DNA of 43,369 nt, taken from contig JAJYIA010000001.1 of assembly GCA_021796295.1 (NCBI GenBank), forward strand, positions 1 through 43,369. The letters are read 5' to 3'. This DNA is from Candidatus Micrarchaeota archaeon. GTDB taxonomy: Archaea; Micrarchaeota; Micrarchaeia; Micrarchaeales; CABMGC01. The notes under the pieces are model-generated. The model ran no database searches. It saw only the letters and a program-made list of their open reading frames with translations, and was not told where the DNA came from. The position numbers and the translations under genes were made by a program. This document shows, piece after piece, positions 34,885-43,369 of this stretch (position 1 is its first letter; the number at the start of each line of letters is the position of its first letter).

Positions 34885-34902
34885 TATTTAAACGGTAATT
34901 GT

Positions 34903-35124
34903 ATGGTAGAGTTTACACCAATAGAGGGCCTGGTAATGCAGGCCATGAAAGACATAGGCGCAACATCTGAAGAGAAGAAGAAGACTGCAGATGACATAGC
35001 AAAGAAGTGCAATAGACCCAAGAGCATGGTCAATAACGCTCTTGTGATGCTGGTGCAGAAAGGCGCCATAAGAAGGGTGGCGAGGGAAAAGGCATCAGGG
35101 TACTACATATTAGGCACAGCCTGA
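34903..35124 (+). CDS. small winged-helix DNA-binding protein (73 aa)
   Basis: ..TADDIAKKCNRPKSMVNNALVMLVQKGAIRRV..GYYIL has a wHTH pattern. It lies 18 nt after rpl40e. Confidence 0.5.
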   Translation: MVEFTPIEGLVMQAMKDIGATSEEKKKTADDIAKKCNRPKSMVNNALVMLVQKGAIRRVAREKASGYYILGTA

Positions 35125-35134
35125 CGGTCATCGC

Positions 35135-35584
35135 ATGGATGAAGACAGCTCTATAGATTTTTCGGCAAAATACAAGAACTGGATAGTCATAAAGAAGGCA
35201 AGCGTACGCGAGGATACAACACCCGAGGAGGTTGCTTTTCATATCGCATTGATACGCCAGACAATAGACAAGAAGGCTTTCGAGCTACTTGGCATAGATA
35301 CCAAATCGCTTGATGAATACGCTGCAACGGCTACAGCCAGCATGAGAAAGAGTTTCTCAAGCCTTGCCGAGGCCGTTAAGAAGCTTGACACAAAAGAGGC
35401 GAAGGGTGCCATTTCGAGATCCTGCCAGGGAAAGAGTGAGCTGTCAGAGATAGCAGGCGTATACCTTTTCAGAAAGATAGCACAGAGCCTCAAGTTTGAT
35501 TTTGATGTAAGCAGCGAGATGCTCTCCAAGGCGTATCCGCATCTTAAGCTGCCTATGCCTCCGGGAAGGAAGCCAAAGGGCTAA
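35135..35584 (+). CDS. hypothetical protein (149 aa)
   Basis: Coding-like ORF 10 nt after the wHTH gene. No motif recognised. Confidence 0.45.
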   Translation: MDEDSSIDFSAKYKNWIVIKKASVREDTTPEEVAFHIALIRQTIDKKAFELLGIDTKSLDEYAATATASMRKSFSSLAEAVKKLDTKEAKGAISRSCQGKSELSEIAGVYLFRKIAQSLKFDFDVSSEMLSKAYPHLKLPMPPGRKPKG

Positions 35585-36588
35585 GGCGCTTTGGGGTATT
35601 TCAGAAGTGCGGTATCACAGGCTGCAACGTGTACATCAGAGCCGCTGAGCGGCTGGGCCCTGTACCCTCTTCGCTTGAGATGCGAGGCAAAAACCACTGC
35701 GCTTTCGTTGCTTCCGTGCGTATAGATTATTTTCGGGTTGCACCTTTCTATGTATTCAACCGCCTGGCCAAAATCTGCATGGTCACTGAGGGGGAATTGC
35801 ATATCTGTACCCATATTGAAGATTTTTGCAAAGCCCGTTGCTACAGCTGTGAATACCCTCTTGTTGTATAATGAGGCAATACGCTGCGCCGCCCTTCCAA
35901 GCTTGTGCGGTGAGACTATGCCTATAAAATTATCTTTAAGAGCAGCCTCAAACTCTACCTCGTCCTTGCCAATCGATGCATAATCAAGGCTTATTCCGTT
36001 GGCACCGTAGACCGCATTTATGGCGTCTGTCTTTGCATCTACAGCAGGGGCTATGCCGGCCTCGTTTGCAATCCTTATAATCTCCTGGGCTTTGCCGAGG
36101 GAATACGCCCCAAAGAGCAGTATACCGCTATCTAGCGTCTTTTTCATGTACCGCTGCATGTCTGCCACGATCTCGGCCTTGTCCCCGAAATCTACCTTTG
36201 GGGATGGATATGTGGAGTCTATTATGAGCACATCTGCATCAATTGTCTCTATCCTTTCTGCAACCACAGACGCATCAATCTGGTAATCGCCGCTGTATAT
36301 GGCACTTTGCCCGGTTTCAGGCTTTTCTGCGTATAGCTGTGATGACCCCAGTATATGCCCTGCATGCAGCAGCCTCATGCCTTCAGGCAGATCCTCCCTG
36401 GTGACAGGCTTTCCTCTGACTGCGAGAAGGGCCTGCGTTATCTTGCTGGACAGCACCTTGCTCCCTTTCCTTATTCCGGAGGTATGGTCTGAATGCGCAT
36501 GTGATACAAAATTAAGGTTTGAATTTGGGTCTTTGCAGTCCAAGGCTATGCTGTGCGTGCCCATATGCAGTGCCATGATGTCGCCCAT
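35581..36588 (-). CDS. metallo-beta-lactamase fold / beta-CASP-like nuclease
   Basis: HxHxDH as SHAHSDHTSG, then HAGHILGS, IDSTY, PLSDHADF and YTHGS. Length is 335 aa. Confidence 0.7.
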   Translation of the reverse strand: MGDIMALHMGTHSIALDCKDPNSNLNFVSHAHSDHTSGIRKGSKVLSSKITQALLAVRGKPVTREDLPEGMRLLHAGHILGSSQLYAEKPETGQSAIYSGDYQIDASVVAERIETIDADVLIIDSTYPSPKVDFGDKAEIVADMQRYMKKTLDSGILLFGAYSLGKAQEIIRIANEAGIAPAVDAKTDAINAVYGANGISLDYASIGKDEVEFEAALKDNFIGIVSPHKLGRAAQRIASLYNKRVFTAVATGFAKIFNMGTDMQFPLSDHADFGQAVEYIERCNPKIIYTHGSNESAVVFASHLKRRGYRAQPLSGSDVHVAACDTALLKYPKAP

Positions 36589-36673
36589 GACCTATCTCAC
36601 GCTGCATTTATATATTTTTATTGAGAAAGATAATACTGCTCTAATAAGTATAAATAATCCGATTGTTGATTAA

Positions 36674-37624
36674 ATGGAGAAGCTTGTTATAATAGGGTCA
36701 GGACCAGCAGGGCTCTCTGCAGCCATATACACTGCAAGGGAGGGATTTGAGCCTCTAGTGCTGGCAGGCAGCAGGGGCATGGGGCAGCTTGAGCTTACAA
36801 CTGTTGTTGAGAATTTTCCGGGATTTCCAGACGGAGTTATGGGGCCAGATCTGGTCAGCTCGATGCAGAAGCAGGCGGAAAGGTTCGGCACAAGGTTTGT
36901 ATACGAGGATGTTTCAGGTGTTGATTTTTCAGCGAGGCCGCTTGTCATTGAGGCTGGAGGCAAGATATACGAGACAGAGAGCACCATAATAGCAACAGGC
37001 GCCGAAGCGAAGATGCTCGGGCTTCCTTCAGAGAAAAAATTCATAGGTAAGGGAGTTTCAGCGTGCGGCACGTGCGACGGCCCTTTCTTTAAAGACAGGG
37101 ACGTGATAGTTGTGGGGGGCGGGGATACGGCCATGGAGGATGCAAACTTCGTAACAAAGTTCGCAAAAAGCGTCACTATAGTGCACAGAAGAGATTCATT
37201 CAGGGCAAGCAAAATAATGCAGGAAAAGACGATGTCAAACAAAAAGATAAGGATCATATGGAACACCACAATAGAAGAGATACTCGGGGATGGAAAGGTC
37301 AGCGGCGTAAAGCTCAGGAATGTCATAACGAATGGGGTTTCAGAAATGCCTATAGACGGGGTTTTCATGGCCATAGGCTTTGCACCAAACACTTCCGTAT
37401 TCAAGAACAAGCTGAAGCTTGACGAGCAGGGCTACATAATAACAAGGGACGAGGTCCTTACTGATATAGAGGGAGTTTACGTTGCTGGTGATGTTTCTGA
37501 CAGATTTTACAGGCAGGCAGTAACTGCAAGCGCAAGCGGGGTCAAATGCGCACTGCACGTGCGAGAATACCTTTCGAATCTTGAGTATGAAAAGTCCATG
37601 GCAGGCGGACAAAAGGCTGACTAA
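36674..37624 (+). CDS. trxB: thioredoxin reductase (low-Mr TrxR)
   Basis: GSGPAG FAD motif, redox-active CGTCDG, GGGDTAMEDA NAD(P)H motif and C-terminal GDV..RQAVTASASG. Confidence 0.9.
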   Translation: MEKLVIIGSGPAGLSAAIYTAREGFEPLVLAGSRGMGQLELTTVVENFPGFPDGVMGPDLVSSMQKQAERFGTRFVYEDVSGVDFSARPLVIEAGGKIYETESTIIATGAEAKMLGLPSEKKFIGKGVSACGTCDGPFFKDRDVIVVGGGDTAMEDANFVTKFAKSVTIVHRRDSFRASKIMQEKTMSNKKIRIIWNTTIEEILGDGKVSGVKLRNVITNGVSEMPIDGVFMAIGFAPNTSVFKNKLKLDEQGYIITRDEVLTDIEGVYVAGDVSDRFYRQAVTASASGVKCALHVREYLSNLEYEKSMAGGQKAD

Positions 37625-37751
37625 GCCCTACAGGGCGCAATAGAGGCGCATAGAAAGCAGGTCAAGATAATCTATGAATATAGTGCTTATTTATGCGCAA
37701 CATGCATTAAAAGATATGCGCTTTTTGGCGGCACAAACCCTAAAGTCTAAT

Positions 37752-37854
37752 CAAAAAGTGGAGGAAAGGGTGTGCGAGATTTCACACACCTGAGAAAAGT
37801 GGGGATTTGGGTGGGAATAAAGAAACAGTATACTTCTCTCGTCTATCCTCCATC
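37752..37854 (-). ncRNA. candidate small RNA, copy B (~100 nt) with its own BRE/TATA and T-run
   Basis: Closing helix GTGGAGGA (37758-65) / TCCTCCAT (37847-54). Internal hairpin GGTGTG-n10-CACACC (37769-90). On the minus strand, the promoter at 37875-89 predicts a start near 37850-53, and the element ends in CCACTTTTTGATT. Confidence 0.4.
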
Positions 37855-37874
37855 TTACATTATTGTGCATTTGA

Positions 37875-37889
37875 TTTATATACCTTTCG
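37875..37889 (-). promoter_or_regulatory. BRE/TATA (minus strand CGAAAGG-TATATAAA) with no protein gene downstream
   Basis: Same BRE+TATA form as the lrp promoter. It sits ~25 nt upstream of the edge of structured element B. Confidence 0.45.
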
Positions 37890-37915
37890 TTCATTTTGGG
37901 TTATCTTAGGTATAT

Positions 37916-37977
37916 GTTATAACGTCGAACTTTCGTAATAATTTTGCGGTTTTCGTTATATGTCGAAATTTTACGAT
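37916..37977. repeat. two imperfect direct repeats (period 39) in an AT-rich tract
   Basis: GTTATAACGTCGAACTTTCGTAA (37916-38) and GTTATATGTCGAAATTTTACGAT (37955-77). The first contains the palindrome GTTATAAC. Confidence 0.5.
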
Positions 37978-38160
37978 GGGATATGTTTTTGCTTAAAAAT
38001 ATAAAGCAGGGGTGTTCTGCCATTGTCTTATCAAAAGTGGCGTAAAACCCACGCCATTTATGGGTGGGATAAGACAGGTGGGATTCTACAATGGTGCTAG
38101 CCAATTGCAAAAGAATATATGCTTTATCTGATTAAAGATTATTGGTTACGGTGCCTTTTC

Positions 38161-40314
38161 ATGCATAATAGCATAGAGCTTACTGTTGCTGATGCACTCG
38201 TTACGGATTCAGGAAGGAGCATAGCCAGGATAGACTCAAAATCAAGGAGGTTCTTAAACCTCGATGCTGGAGACATAGTAGAGATCAAGGGCAAGATAAA
38301 GTCCTCTGCCGCAGTAATATCGCATGCACACCCGAGCGACGAGGGACTCGGATTTATAAGGATAGACGGATATCTGAGGCAGAATCTTGGCGTAGGCATA
38401 GGCGACAAGATATTCATCACAAAGGCTGACGTGAAGGATGCAGACAAGATAACGCTGGCGCCTCCTCCAAGCCAGAGGCCGCCCCTTTCCCCGGATTTCG
38501 CAGAGTACGCGAAGCGCAGGCTTGAGGGAAAGCCCCTTACAAAGGGAGACTCCATCCCCATACCGATGTTTGGCCTTGTTTTCAACTTTCTTGTGGTGCA
38601 GGTTGTACCGCACGGAATCGTCAGGGTCGGAACGGGCACGCACCTTGTTGTGAAGGATGAGCCCGTTTCTGAATCGCTTGTCAAGATAGGCGATGTCCAT
38701 TACGAAGACGTAGGCGGCCTTGACGATGCAAAACAGAAGATAAGGGAGATGGTAGAGATGCCAATAAGGTATCCCGAGCTTTTTGAGAAGCTCGGCATAG
38801 AGCCGCCTAGGGGTGTGCTGCTTTACGGGCCTCCTGGCACAGGCAAGACGCTGCTTGCGAAGGCCGTGGCGAATGAAAGCGATGCAAATTTCATATCTAT
38901 TTCAGGCCCTGAGCTGGTAAGCAAATTTGTCGGAGAGAGCGAGGAAAAGTTGCGTGAAATATTCAAGAATGCAAACGAGAAGGCGCCTACAGTAATATTC
39001 ATGGACGAGATAGATGCGATAGCGCCGAAGCGAGAAGAGGCTACGAACGAGGTAGAGAGAAGGATGGTTTCCCAGCTTCTTACGCTGATGGACGGCATGC
39101 CTCCCAGGGGCCAGGTCATTGTTCTTGCGGCTACGAACAGGCCTGACGCCATAGATCCTGCGCTCAGGAGGCCAGGCAGGTTCGACAGAGAGATGGAGCT
39201 AGGGGTGCCTAACAGGGATGCCAGAAAGGAGATACTGCAGATACATACAAGGAACATGCCCCTTGCTAAGGACGTGGAGATAGACGAGCTATCGAATATG
39301 ACGCACGGCTATACTGGCGCGGATCTTAACGCTCTTGTGCGCGAAGCCGCAATGGCGACACTGCGCGACATACTTCCTAAAATCGCAGACAAGCAGTCAA
39401 TACCTTCTGATGTGCTCACATCGCTTACCGTAACAAGGGCCAATTTTATAGAGGCATTCAGGAACATACAGCCCAGCGCGCTGAGGGAGGTATTCGTCGA
39501 AAGGCCCAATGTGCACTGGAAGGATGTAGGAGACATGGAGCGCGTGAAGGAGGAGCTTAAGGAGGCGGTAGAGATGCCTCTGAAGGACCCTGCAAGGTTT
39601 GAGAAGCTAGGCATAAGGGCCATAAAAGGCGTACTTCTCGTAGGTCCTCCTGGGACAGGCAAGACGCTGCTTGCGAAGGCCGTGGCGACAGAACGCGAAG
39701 CTAACTTCATCTCCATAAAGGGGCCTGAAGTACTTAGCAAGTATGTGGGAGAAAGCGAAAAGACAGTGAGGGAGATATTCAGAAAGGCGAGGCTGGCTGC
39801 TCCGTGCATAATATTCATAGACGAGGTAGATGCTATAGCCAGGGCCAGAAACGGCTATGATGAGGCGCATGTCTCGGAAAGGGTCGTGGACACGCTGCTT
39901 ACGGAAATGGACGGGCTGCAGGAGCTTAAGAACGTAATAGTGCTTGCGGCTACGAACAGGCCTGAAGACATCGATGCTGCGCTTCTAAGGCCTGGCAGAT
40001 TCGACAAGATTGTTGACATACCTATGCCTGATGCCGTAGCAAGGTTCGAAATATTCAAGATACATACAAGGCGCATGCCCATTGACAAGGGTGTTGACCT
40101 TGAGGAGCTCGCCTCTGCCACTGACAATTACACAGGCGCAGAGATAGAAAACATATGCAGGGAGGCAGGTATGAACGCCATAAGGAACAACAGAGACATA
40201 GTTGTGCTGGATGACTTCAAAAAAGCGATGCGTGAGGTAAGGCCTGCAATTCCCAAGGAGGTTGCAGACAGGATAAAGCGTTTCAAAGAAGAGCCTGAAA
40301 GCATGTACAGGTGA
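38161..40314 (+). CDS. cdc48: Cdc48/VCP/VAT-type AAA+ ATPase (N domain plus D1 plus D2)
   Basis: N domain ([23 protein letters not shown]). Two AAA modules, each with [15 protein letters not shown], Walker B ([16 protein letters not shown]) and [20 protein letters not shown]. Start chosen at MHNSIEL (38161) because the ATG at 38119 lies within the TATA-like AAGAATATATGC. Confidence 0.9.
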   Translation: MHNSIELTVADALVTDSGRSIARIDSKSRRFLNLDAGDIVEIKGKIKSSAAVISHAHPSDEGLGFIRIDGYLRQNLGVGIGDKIFITKADVKDADKITLAPPPSQRPPLSPDFAEYAKRRLEGKPLTKGDSIPIPMFGLVFNFLVVQVVPHGIVRVGTGTHLVVKDEPVSESLVKIGDVHYEDVGGLDDAKQKIREMVEMPIRYPELFEKLGIEPPRGVLLYGPPGTGKTLLAKAVANESDANFISISGPELVSKFVGESEEKLREIFKNANEKAPTVIFMDEIDAIAPKREEATNEVERRMVSQLLTLMDGMPPRGQVIVLAATNRPDAIDPALRRPGRFDREMELGVPNRDARKEILQIHTRNMPLAKDVEIDELSNMTHGYTGADLNALVREAAMATLRDILPKIADKQSIPSDVLTSLTVTRANFIEAFRNIQPSALREVFVERPNVHWKDVGDMERVKEELKEAVEMPLKDPARFEKLGIRAIKGVLLVGPPGTGKTLLAKAVATEREANFISIKGPEVLSKYVGESEKTVREIFRKARLAAPCIIFIDEVDAIARARNGYDEAHVSERVVDTLLTEMDGLQELKNVIVLAATNRPEDIDAALLRPGRFDKIVDIPMPDAVARFEIFKIHTRRMPIDKGVDLEELASATDNYTGAEIENICREAGMNAIRNNRDIVVLDDFKKAMREVRPAIPKEVADRIKRFKEEPESMYR

Positions 40315-40319
40315 ATTTT

Positions 40320-40706
40320 ATGCAAATAGTATATTCCGACAAAAAAAGCGGGAAGACGGCGCAGGGTAATGTGCCGAAAGACATGGAGCACATGGCCATC
40401 GGCAAAAAGATAGGCGAGACAATAGATGGCGCAATAGTGGGCATTGAAGGCTATAAGCTCAGGATAACAGGACTGAGCGACAACGCTGGCGCGCCTTCGA
40501 GGAAGGAGATAGAAGGCACGAGGAAGGCTAATCCTTTGCTAGGCTATGGCGTAGGCATGAGAAACAAGGAGAAGGGATACAGGGCAAGAAGGCTTGTAAG
40601 GGGCAATACAATAAGCGCAGAGACCGCACAGGTAAATACAGTCATAGAGGAATATGGAACAGCTCCTGCAGAAAGCCTTTTCAAAAAGAAGGAAAAGGCA
40701 GAATAA
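40320..40706 (+). CDS. rps6e: 30S ribosomal protein S6e
   Basis: MQIVYSDKKSGKTAQ..GYKLRITGLSDNAGAP...RRLVRGNTIS is typical of eS6. It is followed by aIF2-gamma, the conserved gene order. Confidence 0.85.
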   Translation: MQIVYSDKKSGKTAQGNVPKDMEHMAIGKKIGETIDGAIVGIEGYKLRITGLSDNAGAPSRKEIEGTRKANPLLGYGVGMRNKEKGYRARRLVRGNTISAETAQVNTVIEEYGTAPAESLFKKKEKAE

Positions 40707-40736
40707 GCACTACTTTGCAGCTAATGGAGTGAACGC

Positions 40737-41945
40737 ATGTTTGAACAGAGCGATATGAACTTGGGCACGCTGGGACACGTAGACCACGGTAAGACGACAC
40801 TGGTTTATGCTCTGACACATACATGGACAGACATACACAGCGAAAGCATAAAGAGAAGCATGACTATAAAGCTGGGTTATGCCGACATGTTTATAAGGAG
40901 ATGCAATTCTGGAGATGGCGCTTACTATACGACGTATGAAAAATGCAGGAACAACTCTGACGCCGAGCCGTTCAGGAAGATCTCCCTTCTTGATGCACCG
41001 GGGCATGAAACACTGATGGCTACGGCAATTGCAGGATCTAGCATAATAGACGGCGCCCTTTTTGTGATATCTGCGGCTGAACCCTGCCCTATGCCGCAGA
41101 CAAGGGAGCACCTGATGATAATAAACGCACTCGGCATTAAAAAAGCAGTCATAGTCCAGACAAAGATAGACATAGTGGGCAAGGACGCCGCTAAGAAACA
41201 CTATGAACAGATAAGGAATTTTATAAAAGGCAGTGTGATAGAGAATGCGTCTGTGGTGCCGGTAATGGCGAACAAAGAAATAAACATAGACGCGCTGCTT
41301 GATGTGATAGTAGGCATGGATGTGCCGCAGAGGAACACAAAATCCGATCCCATTATGTATATTGCAAGGTCATTCGATGTTAACAAGCCCGGCACAAAGA
41401 TACAGGACCTCGTAGGAGGCGTAGTCGGAGGCTCCATAATAAAAGGGGAATTCAAGGAAGGCGACGAGGTTGAGATAAAGCCCGGCATAAATGTCATGAA
41501 AGACAAGCAGAAGCGGGAGGTTTACGAGCCAATAATAACTAGGATAAGCAGGATCTCGGCAGGTAGCGGCAGCATGAAGAGCGCAGTTGCAGGTGGCCTC
41601 GTAGCCATAGGCACCGATGCAGATCCGTCATTTACCAAGGCTGACGGCCTTGTGGGGCAGGTCATAGGAAAGGCAGGCAGGCTTCCCGAAACAGTAAACG
41701 AGGTGACGCTGAACTATACATCCCTTGAAAGGAGCGACATCCCGAAGCAGGCGTTCAGGCAGGGGGAGCCGCTTATACTTGGGATAGGCACAGGCACTGT
41801 GGTAGGGCATGTAAAGGGCATCAGGAGATCAAGGCTCGAGATCATGCTGAACCACCCTGCATGCATAGATAAGGGCATGAAGATATCAGTAATGAGAAAC
41901 TTCGCGCAAAGATGGAGGCTTTCAGGATACGGAGTCATCGCATAA
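40737..41945 (+). CDS. eif2g: translation initiation factor aIF2 gamma subunit
   Basis: NLGTLGHVDHGKTTLV (G1), LLDAPGHE (G3), QTKID (G4) and EF-Tu-like domains II/III. Length is 402 aa. Confidence 0.9.
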   Translation: MFEQSDMNLGTLGHVDHGKTTLVYALTHTWTDIHSESIKRSMTIKLGYADMFIRRCNSGDGAYYTTYEKCRNNSDAEPFRKISLLDAPGHETLMATAIAGSSIIDGALFVISAAEPCPMPQTREHLMIINALGIKKAVIVQTKIDIVGKDAAKKHYEQIRNFIKGSVIENASVVPVMANKEINIDALLDVIVGMDVPQRNTKSDPIMYIARSFDVNKPGTKIQDLVGGVVGGSIIKGEFKEGDEVEIKPGINVMKDKQKREVYEPIITRISRISAGSGSMKSAVAGGLVAIGTDADPSFTKADGLVGQVIGKAGRLPETVNEVTLNYTSLERSDIPKQAFRQGEPLILGIGTGTVVGHVKGIRRSRLEIMLNHPACIDKGMKISVMRNFAQRWRLSGYGVIA

Positions 41946-42948
41946 TCCTTTTCCACTCAGAGATTATGCCTAGGGCTATGCGCCTTTCAGATCCGGGCAT
42001 GGAGCCCTTTACCGGAAATCCGGATGCATGCGGATGCCCATTTCCTCCAAGGCTTCTGGCAAGCGGCGATGAATCAGACCTTACGCTGCGTATGTGGCCA
42101 GTTTTGCTTTCTGTGTTTACATATACCCCGATATCCACCCTCGCCCTTCTGATGATTTCCATACACGCCTCTGTCGACTGTACATCCTTTGAAAAGCCGA
42201 CTGCTATGCCCTGTCCCTTTGACACGTAAAGCGCCGTGAGCATTTTTTTAATTCTCTCCCTGTTTGTCCTTCTGAAGGTGTCAGCATCATGGTCAAGAAG
42301 CGCATCTGAAAGCCTGCCGCTGCCTATGACAGCAACAATATGCCTTAGTTTTTTGTAAATGGCAGCTCGAGATTTTAAGGTATTGCAGTAAGTTATACCC
42401 AGTGCGTACGTACCTATGAGCGATCTTGTATGCGCATCCCTTGGTTCAAGGTTAAAATCTGAAATGTGCACTATGCGCAGAAGATTGCGTGCAAATTTGT
42501 CATTTAGTCCCAGCTCTGCGGCAGTTATCTCAGTGGCACAGTATTTCTTGTTCTCCCCGACTATAGCAACATCGCACATGCCCCCAATATTCTTAACATC
42601 ATCGTCTTTCCACGGGTGATGGTCGAACCAGAAGACCCTTCCGCCCAACCTCTTGACGGTTTTTATTATCTCGGCATAGATAGGTTTGAAAGAGTCATTC
42701 AGGCTTAAGTCCGTTATGAAGAGGGCATCAATACCGCGCATCTTGCAGATGCGTCTTTTTGCATACCCGAGGGCTTCAGCAGAATAATCTGAAAAGAAGA
42801 GGTTTGACGGCGGGACATTGAATCTTCTGAAGATGAGTGCTGCGCTTGCAATTCCGTCCATGTCGTTTGCGTGGCTCATTACAACAACGCTGCGCCAGTT
42901 TACAGGATATCCGGAGCCGATGTCAGCATACGCCCTATTAGCAGCCAT
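41935..42948 (-). CDS. DHH/DHHA1 phosphoesterase (third paralog, NrnA-like)
   Basis: Motifs SHANDMDGIASA, ITDLS, WFDHHPW and GGNGHPHASG. Its 3' end overlaps the eif2g 3' end by 11 nt (convergent). Confidence 0.75.
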   Translation of the reverse strand: MAANRAYADIGSGYPVNWRSVVVMSHANDMDGIASAALIFRRFNVPPSNLFFSDYSAEALGYAKRRICKMRGIDALFITDLSLNDSFKPIYAEIIKTVKRLGGRVFWFDHHPWKDDDVKNIGGMCDVAIVGENKKYCATEITAAELGLNDKFARNLLRIVHISDFNLEPRDAHTRSLIGTYALGITYCNTLKSRAAIYKKLRHIVAVIGSGRLSDALLDHDADTFRRTNRERIKKMLTALYVSKGQGIAVGFSKDVQSTEACMEIIRRARVDIGVYVNTESKTGHIRSVRSDSSPLARSLGGNGHPHASGFPVKGSMPGSERRIALGIISEWKRIMR

Positions 42949-43146
42949 ATACGCACCAATGACAACTGTTGATTATGTATGGCTTTCAGATTAAATACTT
43001 TTATGTCGAAACACCAAAGCGGTATGCAGGCCTGCTGTTCACAGCAGCATAGATGATGCAAGGAAGGAGATCAAGGGAATTACGGATGGCATCCTGAAGC
43101 TTTTCCTGAAGCGGCAGCTAGTAGATAGTCCGCTAAATAACTTTAA

Positions 43147-43369
43147 TTATACTTTGAGTGGGCTTCCGTCGTAAGTCCAACGGAATGCCCTCGCAGTCCT
43201 GTTGTACTCCGAGATAAACTCCATTATCTTCTTGGATAAATCCTCTTTGCTCTCAAAACTTCCTCTCTTGAGCAGCTGTCTTTTGATTATGCCGAACCAG
43301 AGTTCAACCTGGTTAAGCCACGAGGTGTGTGTAGGTGTAAAATGGAAGTGCACATTCTTGTGTTCGGAG
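43147..43369 (-). CDS. IS630/Tc1-mariner-like DDE transposase, C-terminal part (truncated by window end)
   Basis: HFTPTHTSWLNQVELWFGIIKRQLLKRGSFESKEDL is the characteristic DDE_3 C-terminal segment. The ORF is open to the window edge. Confidence 0.75.
   Translation of the reverse strand, partial: SEHKNVHFHFTPTHTSWLNQVELWFGIIKRQLLKRGSFESKEDLSKKIMEFISEYNRTARAFRWTYDGSPLKV

Noticed and set aside
36670-37410. Long antisense ORFs opposite well-supported genes. Examples: 246 aa opposite trxB; 38139-38684, 38823-39257 and 39309-39818 opposite cdc48; 4742-5248 opposite the RecJ-like gene; 23854-24411 opposite S13/S4; 31615-32133 opposite fen.
   Set aside because: Their translations are low-complexity (Ser/Leu/Pro/Ala-rich) with no motifs. 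They lie exactly opposite genes with strong family signatures. This is the typical shadow-ORF effect of purine-rich (RNY-biased) coding strands.
37758-37854. Interpreting element B as a minimal RNase P RNA because of GGAGGAAAGGG (compare CR-I GAGGAAAGUCC) and AGAAACAG
   Set aside because: At ~100 nt it is far too short. No complementary P4 strand (..CCGGCUUA-like) or other conserved regions are present. A diverged paralog (copy A) lacks these strings.
37901-38110. 69-aa minus-strand ORF inside the trxB-cdc48 spacer
   Set aside because: The sequence is AT-rich and repeat-derived, the composition is implausible, and there is no promoter or SD in the right place. The region is better explained as non-coding repeats.
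1-43369. CRISPR arrays, rRNA genes and known defence systems (RM, TA, Cas, Argonaute, STAND and others)
   Set aside because: I found no regularly spaced direct repeats, no 16S/23S/5S-like sequence, and no cas, methylase or restriction-like motifs on reading both strands. The only repeats are the short ones reported.

Overview
This is an archaeal chromosomal segment of about 43 kb. The archaeal assignment rests on BRE/TATA promoters, leaderless and Shine-Dalgarno-led genes, intron-containing tRNAs and archaeal-type PriS, Pth2, FEN1, MBF1, aIF2-gamma, L40e, S6e, prefoldin and Cdc48. Codon usage, class III (QxSxEYL) signal peptides and IS types suggest a small-genome acidophile of Thermoplasmatales or DPANN/Micrarchaeota type; that placement is inference only.

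I support about 45 protein genes, mostly housekeeping (replication and repair, translation, chaperones, lipid-carrier synthesis). There are also 3 tRNAs: Phe with a canonical intron, Lys, and Ser with two introns. Two complete IS4/IS1634-like insertion sequences are present, plus one IS630-like transposase cut off by the window end. I saw no rRNA, no CRISPR array and no recognisable known defence system.

The observations most worth a second look:
1. Two paralogous ~95-nt structured intergenic elements (33.3 kb and 37.8 kb) with a C-rich core. One has its own BRE/TATA and T-run, so this is a candidate unannotated small RNA family.
2. The unusually long (536 nt), repeat-rich, AT-rich spacer upstream of cdc48.
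3. A tight uppS / DUF2070-like / polyprenol-kinase-like operon, which suggests a role for the unknown membrane protein in dolichyl-phosphate carrier synthesis.
4. A tRNA-Ser with a second intron in the T-loop.
5. A TPR-fused Vps4/spastin-clade AAA ATPase.
6. A hairpin-dense 5' region of hsp20.
7. A 20-Cys repeat glycoprotein clustered with an extracytoplasmic CPYC thioredoxin-like protein.

All functional calls come from motif recognition by eye. No database search was run.
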